A DNA stretch of 64,000 nt from Clostridium sp. CAG:288 (GCA_000437395.1 FR898180.1:3377-67376), one strand, 5' to 3'. Shown: positions 8,572-18,438, counted from the stretch's first letter. The notes: generated from the letters alone by a model not told the origin. Made by a program: numbers and translations.

Positions 8572-9680
8572 TATTTGTTTTCCTTTTCTAATATATAATT
8601 ATTATAACACTCATCTGTTAGTTTAGTTTGTTCACCTAAATGCCCTTTGGCATCGATGAACTTCTTGTTTTCCTTTAAAACATATGCAAACCCTTTATCA
8701 ACGTCATTTAGCATCATGTTTATCATTTCTGATGAATCATAGCCTCTTGTTGGTTCGATTTTATCGCTAGCATAAATTATTTTATCGTATTTACCCATTT
8801 TCGGGGCGCCTGTCGTGTGATAGAGTATAGCATCAAGTATTTCCCTATCTCTTATATTAAACTCTTTATAAGCTATTGCAGCGCCTGCAAATTGATGAAG
8901 CGTATATGATGGATAGTTTAAATATTCATCGTACATGCCTTCCATCCATTTCTTGCACTCTTCATCCGATAATTTTTTAGCTATATCGTGATATAAACCT
9001 GCTAAATAAGCTTTTGGAGCATCTAATCCATTGGCTTTAGCAATATCATAAGCGACATTTGCTACTGAAAGAGCGTGTATATATCTTTTTTCTTTGTAGA
9101 ATTCTTTTACTTTTGGAATGAAATATAGATTGTTTTTAACTATATAATCTATGACTTCTTTAGGTGTCTCTAAACTCTTTCCAAGTCTAATAGAAGTGCT
9201 ATCAGCATCTACTTCATTAGATTCAACTAATTCAATACCATATTTTTGATATATCTCTTTGTTAATTTTATATCCAGGCCTTTTAAAGCAAACTAAATGT
9301 GCTAGTTGGGATACTTTATATGGTTCATGCCACTTTTCAAAGTCGTTGACACAGTCAGCACCAATCAAAAATATGATTTCTCTATTACTATATATCTTTT
9401 TTAATTCAATCAAAGAGTCTAGAGTGTATGTAAACTCTTTATTTGACTCTAATTCTATAGTTGATATTTCGAATTCTGGATAATCTTTTAAAGCTAATTT
9501 AAGCATATTTAATCTATCATTAGCTTCTGTTGGTGATTTTCCTTTAGGGTTCTTAGTCAGTAAAAAGAGGACTTTAGACACTTTAAAATGCCTAAGAGCC
9601 TCTTTAGCTAACGAAATATGTCCGTTATGAATTGGATCAAATGTGCCACCTAAAATTACAATAGGTTCTAAAACTACCAT
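8571..9680 (-). CDS. nadD: fusion of nicotinate-nucleotide adenylyltransferase (NadD) and HD-domain protein YqeK
   Basis: N-terminal ILGGTFDPIHNGH (HxGH nucleotidyltransferase) and ISTIELESNKEFTYTLDSL belong to NadD. The C-terminal half, HALSVANVAYDIA...AGLYHDIAK...YHTTG, is an HD phosphohydrolase of YqeK type. It is a single 369-aa ORF with no internal stop. Confidence 0.8.
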   Translation of the reverse strand: MVVLEPIVILGGTFDPIHNGHISLAKEALRHFKVSKVLFLLTKNPKGKSPTEANDRLNMLKLALKDYPEFEISTIELESNKEFTYTLDSLIELKKIYSNREIIFLIGADCVNDFEKWHEPYKVSQLAHLVCFKRPGYKINKEIYQKYGIELVESNEVDADSTSIRLGKSLETPKEVIDYIVKNNLYFIPKVKEFYKEKRYIHALSVANVAYDIAKANGLDAPKAYLAGLYHDIAKKLSDEECKKWMEGMYDEYLNYPSYTLHQFAGAAIAYKEFNIRDREILDAILYHTTGAPKMGKYDKIIYASDKIEPTRGYDSSEMINMMLNDVDKGFAYVLKENKKFIDAKGHLGEQTKLTDECYNNYILEKENK

Positions 9681-10822
9681 CTTATGCTCATTACTTTACA
9701 TGCAACATTGTGTGGAACATAGACTGATATTTTTTGTCCGTTTGCTTTGAATGTTACATATCCCAAACCAACTATTAAAAGTTCGACATCACCACCAACT
9801 GGTAAAACAAAGTCGTGTTTGTCCAAATCTTTGATAGATTTAATAGTTAAAGAAGCTGGTTGAATTTGCTTTGTTAGAGCTAGTGAATCGAATGTATGAT
9901 CAGCTTTTTCTAGCTTAGTTCTTGTAATAGTAACATCGTTAGAAAGCATAAATGTGAAATTGGTTTTTGGTCCATCGATGAAGTCTATACGAGCTATAGC
10001 ACCTAAACAATATGATTGTTTAGAATTAGATTGATAGACTCCTGGTCTAATTTCGGTTCTTGGAACTACATATTTTAAAAGTTGACGTTCAATTTGATTT
10101 AAAAGAGAGTCAGCTTTAAAAATTCCAGGAGTATCATACATATATGAATCTTTATCTAATGGAATTTGGATTACATCGAGTGTTGTTCCTGGAAAGTGTG
10201 ATGTTGTAATCAACTTGTTTGTTTGATTCTTGTAAGACTTCAAAATATTGTTAATAAGTGATGATTTACCAACTTGTGAAGCTCCAACAAAATAGACGTT
10301 TTTTCCCTTTCTCATAGTTTCGATTGTTTTTAACAAACTATCAATGTTGTAGTTTTTATGAGATGAAGTGATAAGTATTTCAGTTGGAAAGACGTTTTCA
10401 CTTTTTAATCTTGCTTTACAGTCAGCAATAATTTTGTCGTCAGATAATGATTTTGGAAGAATATCACGCTTATTAAGAATTACTAATAAATTTGTTCCAA
10501 GCATTGGACCTATATTAGCAATAAAGCTTGCTTCCAAGGAAAAAATATCGAGGACATAAACAATTAAAGCTTGAGTTTTAACTGCTTCTTTTAAGATAGA
10601 TTCATAATCGCTATTGAATTGAGGATCTTGATCATCTTGTTCGTTATAGTGACGAAGCTTATAGCATCTCTCACATAATTGTTCATCTTCTTGCTTTAAT
10701 TTGATTGTTGGAATGTAGCCTGTCATCTTTGGGTTTTTATCTTGTAAAACAGCACCACATCCATAGCAACGACGAATTCTAATTTCGTTTGTAACACCTG
10801 AGTTTTTCTTTCTAAGTATCAT
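9674..10822 (-). CDS. yqeH: ribosome-biogenesis GTPase YqeH (circularly permuted GTPase with N-terminal zinc ribbon)
   Basis: CYGCGAVLQ...CERCYKLRHYN is a Zn ribbon. G-motifs LNKRD and VGASQVGKSSLIN appear in permuted order. Confidence 0.85.
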   Translation of the reverse strand: MILRKKNSGVTNEIRIRRCYGCGAVLQDKNPKMTGYIPTIKLKQEDEQLCERCYKLRHYNEQDDQDPQFNSDYESILKEAVKTQALIVYVLDIFSLEASFIANIGPMLGTNLLVILNKRDILPKSLSDDKIIADCKARLKSENVFPTEILITSSHKNYNIDSLLKTIETMRKGKNVYFVGASQVGKSSLINNILKSYKNQTNKLITTSHFPGTTLDVIQIPLDKDSYMYDTPGIFKADSLLNQIERQLLKYVVPRTEIRPGVYQSNSKQSYCLGAIARIDFIDGPKTNFTFMLSNDVTITRTKLEKADHTFDSLALTKQIQPASLTIKSIKDLDKHDFVLPVGGDVELLIVGLGYVTFKANGQKISVYVPHNVACKVMSIRW

Positions 10823-10823
10823 A

Positions 10824-11357
10824 TTAAATTACCTCCGCAGTTTTACTTGGAACTTTTCTTCCGTTTGTTTTGTTTCTTATAGCCTTTTCCCTGGCTATTC
10901 TTTCTTTAAATTTATCGAATTTATTCATTGCTGTAAGTTTTCCAGGTAAGTAGTTTGTCAAAATCATTTGAGCTCCGATTTTTAAAGCTAATTTTGAATC
11001 TTTATAGATTGAAGCACCTACAAAAACTAATACGTTTGAATCAATTCCATTAATTTCAAGATATCTTTGAATAAGTTTATTAAGTTTACGCCCTGCAATT
11101 AGTTGTGTTTCAAGCATTTTTGCATATTCGATTGCTCTTTCAGTCTTTTTGAATGAATAGATGATTAATCCAATACCTCTATTTTTTAATTCTTCTTTTA
11201 ACCCATAGGCTTTAGCACTAGGTTTATCAACTGAATAATTCTCAAGTGAATTGTCTAGTGAAACAAACACTGTAGTAACACCGAGTGATAAGAAGAAATC
11301 AGGGTCAATCTCATATATGCTAGATGCATGATAGTGGGCCACTAATTTATGTACCAA
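10824..11357 (-). CDS. yqeG: YqeG-like HAD-IIIA family protein with apparently degenerate catalytic motifs
   Basis: Size (177 aa) and position upstream of yqeH match YqeG. However, the motif I region reads VSLDNSL rather than hhDxDxT, and the motif IV region reads GASIYKD rather than GDxxxD. Confidence 0.55.
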   Translation of the reverse strand: MVHKLVAHYHASSIYEIDPDFFLSLGVTTVFVSLDNSLENYSVDKPSAKAYGLKEELKNRGIGLIIYSFKKTERAIEYAKMLETQLIAGRKLNKLIQRYLEINGIDSNVLVFVGASIYKDSKLALKIGAQMILTNYLPGKLTAMNKFDKFKERIAREKAIRNKTNGRKVPSKTAEVI

Positions 11358-11473
11358 TTATATCACCATACTAAAATATACAATATTTTAGCAATTTAAT
11401 AAAGATACACGAATAATTATAACGCTTTTTTGTTCTTTAAAAGCTTAATTATTCATATATTCTAACGATTGAT

Positions 11474-12181
11474 ATGGATATTTTAAATATTTTTTTAAAC
11501 TTAAAGTTATTTGTTGGTTTTATAAGAAATGGCGTTTTCCCTCCTAAACTTACTGAAGAGGAAGAAGCAGAACTTATTTTAAAGCTTTTTAACTCTGACA
11601 CCCATGATTATGCTCGTGAAAAATTAATTGAGCATAACTTGAGATTAGTAGCACATATTGTAAAAAAATATGATAATACACGAGAGGATCAAGATGATTT
11701 AATATCAATTGGAACAATAGGACTCATCAAAGCTGTTGATACGTATTCTTCTTCAAAAAATGTTAAGTTAGCAACTTATGCAGCTAAGTGTATTGAAAAC
11801 GAAATATTAATGACATTAAGAGCAAATAAAAAATACTCCAAAGATACTCTATTAAGTGAAGCTGTTAATGCAAATAAAGATAATGGGGAGATTTCTCTAT
11901 TTGATGTACTAGCTTACGAAGAAGAAAATATCGTAGACAAAATTGATAGAAACGATAAGATAGCAAAGCTTAAAGAGTACTTAAGCGCCTTAGATAATAG
12001 AGAGTTAGAAATACTTACTTTACGTTATGGTTTATTTAATGAAAAAGAACAAACGCAAAAAGAGATTGCTAAAACATATGGAATCTCCCGCTCATATGTA
12101 TCAAGAATAGAAAAAAGAGCTCTAGCCAAGCTATGGCAAATGTTTAAAAAAGATGAACAAAATAGAAAAAACGTAATATAG
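11474..12181 (+). CDS. sigK: RNA polymerase sporulation sigma factor sigma-K (pro-sigma-K, uninterrupted)
   Basis: LRLVAHIVKKY, DLISIGTIGLIKAV, KLATYAAKCIENEILM and GISRSYVSRIEKRAL are near-identical to the B. subtilis SigK regions I recall. A hydrophobic pro-sequence MDILNIFLNLKLFVGF precedes NGVFPPKLTEEEE. There is no intervening element. Confidence 0.8.
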   Translation: MDILNIFLNLKLFVGFIRNGVFPPKLTEEEEAELILKLFNSDTHDYAREKLIEHNLRLVAHIVKKYDNTREDQDDLISIGTIGLIKAVDTYSSSKNVKLATYAAKCIENEILMTLRANKKYSKDTLLSEAVNANKDNGEISLFDVLAYEEENIVDKIDRNDKIAKLKEYLSALDNRELEILTLRYGLFNEKEQTQKEIAKTYGISRSYVSRIEKRALAKLWQMFKKDEQNRKNVI

Positions 12182-12275
12182 TTAAAAAATAGATAAAAAT
12201 ATATGATCTTTCTTTAAAAAATCTCAACTAAAAAAGGCATAACACCCTATAAGTGCTACGCCTATAATTTATTAT

Positions 12276-14849
12276 TTACTCTTCGTCAAATAAATCAAAT
12301 AGTGATAATTGCTTTTCTCCAGAATTATCTTCAGCTTTAACTATTTCAACAATTTTAGGAGCTTCTTCAACTTTAGTTTTATCGTTTAAGTATTCTCCGT
12401 CAAAGTGAACACCTAAAACCGATTTTGATGAGCCGATATCTAAGTTCTCACGAAGTCCAGAACCTAACAATGTTGTTTCTAAATCGTTTATATTAACAAT
12501 TTCACTACCTGAATCTGTAGCTATAGCAACAAAATTATTTGTATCTTTTTTCTTATATACTTTACTTACAGATACTATGTCCATCGGATTGTTCTTAAAT
12601 ATCTTTACTAATGAAACTTTAGAGCCTAAGCGTTTAGATGTTTCGATACTTGTAGATTGAATAATGCGAGCACATCTCTTATCAGCAAGCAACAAAAGTT
12701 TAACGTGTTCATCGCTATTTAAGGCAAACATACACGACATATCATATATTTCTTTGCCTTGATTCATAGCTTTGACACCACCGGCTTTAATTCCAACAAC
12801 AGGAACTTCGTTTTCATTAAATCTAGATGCTTGACCGTTGGTGTTAACTATAACAATATCCGAATTACCACTTGTTAAAGCGACTGAAACTAATTCATCA
12901 GCACCTGTTAAACCAATAGCTCTTAATGGTCTAGGAGTTAGCTTAGATTGCTCAAATTCTTTAGCTAAAGTTCTCTTGATTTTTCCTTCTTTGGTTAAAA
13001 GTGCAAAGTAAACTTTAGGTTCAAAAGTCGATACTATGAAAGCTTGAATAACTTTTTCATCTGCTGGAAGAGTTATAAGTGTGTTTAAGTGCTTTCCTTC
13101 TTCCTTCCATTTACCTTCACTAATCATATGAACTGGAATTACAAAGTAACCACCTTTAGATGTAAAGGCAACAACAGAATCGTGAGTTGTAGCAAGTCTT
13201 GATAAGACTATTCTATCTCCAACTTTAATTTTTGGTAAATCATCTATTGGATTTCCGTTAACTGAAGCTTGATAGCTACGGAGATTAGTTCTTTTAACAT
13301 ATCCATCTTTGGTTAAAACAACATAGCAATCTTCTTTAGCGATCAATTCTTTAGCATCGATATTTTCGATCTTAATCTTCGAATCGAGAATTGTTGTTTT
13401 TCTCTCATTGCCGAACTCTTTAATAACTTCTTTTAAGTCTTTAATGATAACTCTATTAAGCTTGTCTTCGTTAGCTAATATTTCGTTAAGTTCTTTTATT
13501 TCGTCTTCTAATTGCTCTTCTTCTTTTTGTAAAGCAGTTACGTCAGTGTTACTCAATCTATAGAGTTGCATTGTAACAATTGCTTCAGCTTGATCTTTCG
13601 TAAAATCAAAAGCTTCAATTAATTTGTTTTTGGAGTCTTCTTTTCCAGAGCTATGTCTGATTATTTCGATAACCTTATCGAGAACAGAAATAGCTTTCAT
13701 TAATCCACGAACAATTGATAATCTTGCAGTCTTCTTTTGAATATCAAATTTACTTCTACGGGTAATAACTTCGACTTGATGATCGATATATGCATCGATT
13801 ATCTCCAAAAGGTTCATCGTTTTTGGATGTCCCTTGTCTAAAGCGAGCATATTAACTGCAAAAGTTGATCTTAAAGAGCCTTTTTGCCTTAAATAATTCA
13901 ATGCGGCTTGTGGATTTGAATCTTTTTTAATATCTAAAACAATTCTAACATCCTCAGTAGACTCATCTCTTACTTCTAAAATATTATCAAGTTTATCATC
14001 TACTCTTCTCTTGTCTAAATCAGCAACAAATTTACTCTTAATTGTTCCATATGGAATGTTTGTAATAATAATTTGATTTGTTGCTTCATCGATATGAACA
14101 TCGCAATGAACGTAAAATGAACCTTGTCCAGTTTCATATATTTGTTTTAAAGCTTCAACGTCATCAATTACACCACCAGTTGGAAAATCTGGTCCTTTAA
14201 TGTAATTTAATAAATCAGCAACTGTAGCTCTTTTGTGTTCAATTCTATATATGACGGCTTCACATACTTCTTTTAAATTATGGGTTGGAATATTAGTAGC
14301 GGCACCGACAGCAATACCTGTAGTACCATTAACGAGCAAGTTAGGAAATCTAGCTGGTAATACGTCAGGTTCTAGCTCAGAGTCATCAAAGTTAAGAGAC
14401 ATATCAACAGTGTCTTTTTCTAAGTCAGCAACCATTAAATCAGATATTTTAGATAATTTTGCTTCAGTATAACGATAAGCAGCTGCAGGATCGTTATCAA
14501 TTGAACCGTTATTACCTTGGAAAACCAAAAGTGGAGCTCTCATTTTCCAATCTTGAGATAAGTGAACCATGGCATCATAAGCACTGCTGTCACCATGTGG
14601 GTGGAATTTACCTAAGATGACACCAACTGTACGAGCACATTTTCTCGTTGGTTTATTGTATGTGTTTCCTTCTGTATACATGGCATAAATAATTCTTCTT
14701 TGAACTGGTTTTAAGCCATCACGAACATCAGGAATTGCACGGTCTGTAATAACTGCTTTAGCATATCTATTAAAGCAATCAGTTAATACGAGTGGAACAT
14801 GTTGATTTAATATATTTTCAACAGTAATTGGTTTAGTTTGCTTTTTCAC
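12276..14849 (-). CDS. parC: DNA topoisomerase IV subunit A
   Basis: ILGKFHPHGDSSAYDAMVHLSQDW and the GNNGSID signature are ParC-type (GyrA has GNFGS). It is paired with the upstream parE by an overlapping stop/start. A GTG start has AGAGGT 9 nt upstream. Confidence 0.8.
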   Translation of the reverse strand: MKKQTKPITVENILNQHVPLVLTDCFNRYAKAVITDRAIPDVRDGLKPVQRRIIYAMYTEGNTYNKPTRKCARTVGVILGKFHPHGDSSAYDAMVHLSQDWKMRAPLLVFQGNNGSIDNDPAAAYRYTEAKLSKISDLMVADLEKDTVDMSLNFDDSELEPDVLPARFPNLLVNGTTGIAVGAATNIPTHNLKEVCEAVIYRIEHKRATVADLLNYIKGPDFPTGGVIDDVEALKQIYETGQGSFYVHCDVHIDEATNQIIITNIPYGTIKSKFVADLDKRRVDDKLDNILEVRDESTEDVRIVLDIKKDSNPQAALNYLRQKGSLRSTFAVNMLALDKGHPKTMNLLEIIDAYIDHQVEVITRRSKFDIQKKTARLSIVRGLMKAISVLDKVIEIIRHSSGKEDSKNKLIEAFDFTKDQAEAIVTMQLYRLSNTDVTALQKEEEQLEDEIKELNEILANEDKLNRVIIKDLKEVIKEFGNERKTTILDSKIKIENIDAKELIAKEDCYVVLTKDGYVKRTNLRSYQASVNGNPIDDLPKIKVGDRIVLSRLATTHDSVVAFTSKGGYFVIPVHMISEGKWKEEGKHLNTLITLPADEKVIQAFIVSTFEPKVYFALLTKEGKIKRTLAKEFEQSKLTPRPLRAIGLTGADELVSVALTSGNSDIVIVNTNGQASRFNENEVPVVGIKAGGVKAMNQGKEIYDMSCMFALNSDEHVKLLLLADKRCARIIQSTSIETSKRLGSKVSLVKIFKNNPMDIVSVSKVYKKKDTNNFVAIATDSGSEIVNINDLETTLLGSGLRENLDIGSSKSVLGVHFDGEYLNDKTKVEEAPKIVEIVKAEDNSGEKQLSLFDLFDEE

Positions 14850-16779
14850 TGCGCTTTACCTCTTCGAAATAATCTTCTTTATGTGAGAAATCGATGTTGT
14901 TAGCAATCCATTCTTTACGTCTTTCTGGATCTTTACCCATGAATAAATCAACTTTATCTTTACATTCATCGACATCTTCAATAACAAGTTTAATTAAAGT
15001 TCTTGTAGACTTGTTCATTGTTGTTTTGCCTAATTGAGCAGCATCCATTTCACCAAGTCCTTTATATCTTGAAATAGTGTAGCCGCTAGAGAATTCTTTT
15101 CTAGCTTCATCTAATTCTTCATCAGACCAACAATATTTTTCTTTATCCTTTTTAAAGACTCTATAAAGTGGAGGACAGGCGATATAAATGTGACCTGCTT
15201 CAATTAATTTTCTCATGTGAGTAAAGAAGAACGAAATTAATAATGATTGAATATGTGATCCATCATCATCAGCATCGGTCATAATAATAATTTTGCCATA
15301 GTGAATATTTTTTATATTAAAGTCATCATCATAGCCAGCACCAATAGTTGAAATAAGGGTATATAACTCTTTATTGTCAAGAATTTCATCAGCTTGAGAA
15401 TCTGTAACATTCTTTGGTTTACCTCTCAAAGGTAAAATAGCTTGGTGTTCTCTATCACGACATTTTTTGGCTGAACCACCAGCTGAATCACCTTCTACGA
15501 TAAATAATTCGTTTTCAAGATATTGCTTGCTTGAGCATGGCGCAAGTTTGCTTGAAAGCATAGATGCATCTTTTCCTGTGCCTTTTTTCTTTCTTTCTTG
15601 ATCTCTAACTTCTTTAGATTTTTGACGAACTGCCATAGCATCTAAAGTCTTTTTAATAATTTGATCAGCATCGTTAGCATGCTCTTCTAAATAGTATGAT
15701 AATTTAGATTCAATGACATTATCAACAGCTGTTGCAGCTGCTTTGGTTCCTAATTTACTCTTTGTTTGTCCTTCAAATTCAAGTAATTTTTCAGGAACTC
15801 TACAAGATAGAATGCCACAGAAACCTTCTCTAATGTCTTCACCTTCAAGTGTTTTATTTCCTTTAATTAATTTGTGGTTAACTGCATAGTTATTAAAACA
15901 GTTAGTTAAAGCCTTCTTTAAGCCTGTAACGTGATGACCACCATCGATAGTTCTAACACCATTGGTGAAAGAAATAATCTTTTCAGAATAATCATCTTTA
16001 AAAAATTGTCCGACAAATTCAGTAATAATACCTTGATATTCGCCCTCAATTTTAATAAGTTCACCAATTCCAACTTTACCTTCTGTATGCTTTTTAAAGA
16101 ATTCGACTAAACCTTCTTTATAATAGAAAGACTGATTTCTATCAGTTCTTTCATCCTTAAGATGGAAAGTAACTCCTTTAGTTAAGCAAGCAGAATCATC
16201 GATATGATTAGCTATTTTGTTATAGTCAAAAGTAATATCGTCAAATATTTCTTTATCAGGTAAGAAGTGAACTAATGTTCCTCTTTTATTTGTTGGACCA
16301 AGTACTTCCAATTTGCCTTTTTTGGATCCACCTTTTTCATACTTAACATAGTGATCTAATCCTTCTCTATAGGAGTGGACTTCAAGCCATGAAGATAAAG
16401 CGTTAACTACAGCTGAGCCAACACCGTGTAATCCACCAGCACTCTTATAGTTTGATTCATCAAACTTACCACCAGCATGGAGAGTACAATAAACCATATC
16501 AAAACCAGTCATGTGTTCCTTTTCATTCATATCACAAGGAACGCCACGACCTTCATCTAATATGGAGATTGATCCATCTAAATGGATAGTAATATAAATA
16601 TTTTTTCCATAACCTTCATTGGCTTCATCGACAGCGTTGTCAATGATTTCCCAAACAAGGTGATGGACACCGTTTGTGTCTGTAGAACCGATATACATAC
16701 CAGGTCTAGCTCTAACTGGCTCTAGACCTTTAAGGACTCTCAAGTTCCCAGCATCATAATGTTTGTCTTTATTGCCCAT
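14833..16779 (-). CDS. parE: DNA topoisomerase IV subunit B
   Basis: LEPVRARPGMYIGS, HLVWEIIDNAVDEA and the TOPRIM motif ELFIVEGDSAGGSAK. The start was moved to the internal ATG at 16779 (MGNKDKHYD); the upstream TTG is less plausible. Confidence 0.8.
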   Translation of the reverse strand: MGNKDKHYDAGNLRVLKGLEPVRARPGMYIGSTDTNGVHHLVWEIIDNAVDEANEGYGKNIYITIHLDGSISILDEGRGVPCDMNEKEHMTGFDMVYCTLHAGGKFDESNYKSAGGLHGVGSAVVNALSSWLEVHSYREGLDHYVKYEKGGSKKGKLEVLGPTNKRGTLVHFLPDKEIFDDITFDYNKIANHIDDSACLTKGVTFHLKDERTDRNQSFYYKEGLVEFFKKHTEGKVGIGELIKIEGEYQGIITEFVGQFFKDDYSEKIISFTNGVRTIDGGHHVTGLKKALTNCFNNYAVNHKLIKGNKTLEGEDIREGFCGILSCRVPEKLLEFEGQTKSKLGTKAAATAVDNVIESKLSYYLEEHANDADQIIKKTLDAMAVRQKSKEVRDQERKKKGTGKDASMLSSKLAPCSSKQYLENELFIVEGDSAGGSAKKCRDREHQAILPLRGKPKNVTDSQADEILDNKELYTLISTIGAGYDDDFNIKNIHYGKIIIMTDADDDGSHIQSLLISFFFTHMRKLIEAGHIYIACPPLYRVFKKDKEKYCWSDEELDEARKEFSSGYTISRYKGLGEMDAAQLGKTTMNKSTRTLIKLVIEDVDECKDKVDLFMGKDPERRKEWIANNIDFSHKEDYFEEVKRSEKAN

Positions 16780-16875
16780 ATTAAAACTCGCTTTCAACTT
16801 ATTTATTATACTATTTATAGCTTTATATTTAAAGCCATTTGTAGTATATTATCACACGTAAAAGGAGTAAAAATC

Positions 16876-17610
16876 ATGGCAGTTTTATATACAGTTTTAA
16901 CGATAATCGGTGCTTTAATTATCGGATATTTGTTTGGATCGTTCCCAAGCGCTATTTTTATCGGCAAAGTGTTCTATGGGGTCGATGTAAGAACACAAGG
17001 CTCACATAACGCTGGGGGCACAAACGTAGGAAGAGTCATTGGAAAAAAGGCAGGTATAATTACTATTGCCCTTGATGTTTTTAAAACATTGATTGCAATT
17101 TGGCTTGTTTTCTTTATCTTAAAGTTAACACCTCTTGTTAATTATTTAGTTGATGGTCTTCCAATTGAAGCTATTTATTACTCTACAGGTATCGCCTGTG
17201 CGATTGGTCACTCTTTTCCTTGCTTTGCTGGATTTAAAGGCGGAAAAGCCATGGCTGTATTCTCAGGCTTTGTCTTAGCAACTAACTGGTTATTTGCACT
17301 ACTAGGCGTTACATTTTTCTTTATAATCTTTTACTGGAGAAAATATGTTTCCTTAGCTTCTATCAGTGGTACTTTATTTGTTTTCCTTCTCTCTATTGCA
17401 CCAGCATTTATTCCAGAAATGAGATTTGGTTACTGGTGGTTTGGTCCAGGTTTAGGAATGGCTGAAACATACATTTACATGTTAAGCCTATTAGTATTAG
17501 CTTCTTATGTTTGGATTAGACATATTCCAAATATAAAGCGTTTAATTAAACACGAAGAACCTCATACAAAGTTTAAAAAGACTCCAAAAATAGAGCATAA
17601 CGCTAAATAG
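16876..17610 (+). CDS. plsY: glycerol-3-phosphate acyltransferase PlsY
   Basis: GSFPSAIFIGKVFYGVDVRTQGSHNAGGTNVGRVIG is the PlsY signature. Start placed at the ATG with AAAGGAG upstream. Carries a C-terminal extension. Confidence 0.85.
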   Translation: MAVLYTVLTIIGALIIGYLFGSFPSAIFIGKVFYGVDVRTQGSHNAGGTNVGRVIGKKAGIITIALDVFKTLIAIWLVFFILKLTPLVNYLVDGLPIEAIYYSTGIACAIGHSFPCFAGFKGGKAMAVFSGFVLATNWLFALLGVTFFFIIFYWRKYVSLASISGTLFVFLLSIAPAFIPEMRFGYWWFGPGLGMAETYIYMLSLLVLASYVWIRHIPNIKRLIKHEEPHTKFKKTPKIEHNAK

Positions 17611-17663
17611 TAGATATTTAGTTGATTATTAGTAGTTTATTAGTAATTATTATATAAATAAAT

Positions 17664-17691
17664 AGAGCTCGTTAATTGAGCTCTATTTTTT
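17664..17691 (+). terminator. rho-independent terminator after plsY
   Basis: agagctc-gttaatt-gagctct hairpin followed by atttttt. Confidence 0.6.
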
Positions 17692-17707
17692 GTTTGACAA
17701 TTTTATG

Positions 17708-18025
17708 TTATCTTGTAAAGATAAAGACCATGTTAAAGACAAACATAGCTGAAGCAATGATAATTGCTGCAATCGATAAGCCTTTTCCCTTGCCATATGT
17801 GCTATTTGCTCTGTTTAATCCGATTCCGCCAAAAATCCATCCTAATAATGGAATAAAGAATGAGCACACAAAGCCTGCAATGGCAAATCCGTTTTTTCCG
17901 CCATCAAAGCTATAACTAGACTTTGATTTTTTGTAAGTGCTTGGAACTGATAATTCCGATCCACACTATGGGCAAACAGAAGCATCATCAACAACTTCAC
18001 ATCCACAATGAGTACAATATTTCAT
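17708..18025 (-). pseudogene. small zinc-ribbon membrane-protein gene interrupted by an in-frame TAG (about 105 codons)
   Basis: Minus-strand reading from the ATG at 18025, which has GCGAGG 9 nt upstream: MKYCTHCGCEVVDDASVCP-TAG-CGSELSVPSTYKKSKSSYSFDGGKNGFAIAGFVCSFFIPLLGWIFGGIGLNRANSTYGKGKGLSIAAIIIASAMFVFNMVFIFTR-TAA. The TAG (complement of 17966-17968) falls at the x position of the second CPxCG knuckle. The segment after it has no in-frame start codon. Confidence 0.5.
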
Positions 18026-18123
18026 TTACATAACCTCGCTTGTGAATATTGTCTAATAACTTAATTCAATTGTCAATAATTATCGAGATTAATTGAATTT
18101 TATTTAGTTTTTCTTGCTAAAAT

Positions 18124-18155
18124 AAAAAGCTGGAAATAAATCCAGCTTTTTTTTA
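18124..18155 (-). terminator. bidirectional rho-independent terminator downstream of yneF-like gene
   Basis: agctgga-aataaa-tccagct hairpin flanked by an A-run on one side and a T-run on the other. Confidence 0.6.
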
Positions 18156-18156
18156 G

Positions 18157-18378
18157 TTATTTTTTTGCTTGTTGTTCCATGGCACGCATAACTGCATTAA
18201 TTTGTGCCTCAGAAGGTTTACGTCCCATTTGTTGATACATTGCTTTAATTTGTTCTCTATTAATTGGAGGGTTTTTCTTTAAACCATATTTAAATATTGC
18301 TCTAGAAATGAAGAATCCAGCAACAAGGCCAACAAATAAGGCAACTATAATAAGCGTAATAGCTAATCCAAGTCCCAT
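18157..18378 (-). CDS. UPF0154 (YneF-like) small membrane protein
   Basis: 73 aa. N-terminal TM helix, then KKNPPINREQIKAMYQQMGRKPSEAQINAVMRAM, which is close to B. subtilis YneF. Confidence 0.7.
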   Translation of the reverse strand: MGLGLAITLIIVALFVGLVAGFFISRAIFKYGLKKNPPINREQIKAMYQQMGRKPSEAQINAVMRAMEQQAKK

Positions 18379-18438
18379 AATTTTTTATACTCCTTTACAC
18401 AAAGGTTAGTATACAAAAAATATCTTTTTTTTACAACT

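Noticed and set aside
17676-17915. Plus-strand 79-aa ORF in the plsY-yneF gap
   Set aside because: It is antisense to the better-supported minus-strand zinc-ribbon gene (RBS, zinc knuckles, TM domain). Its translation is low-complexity.
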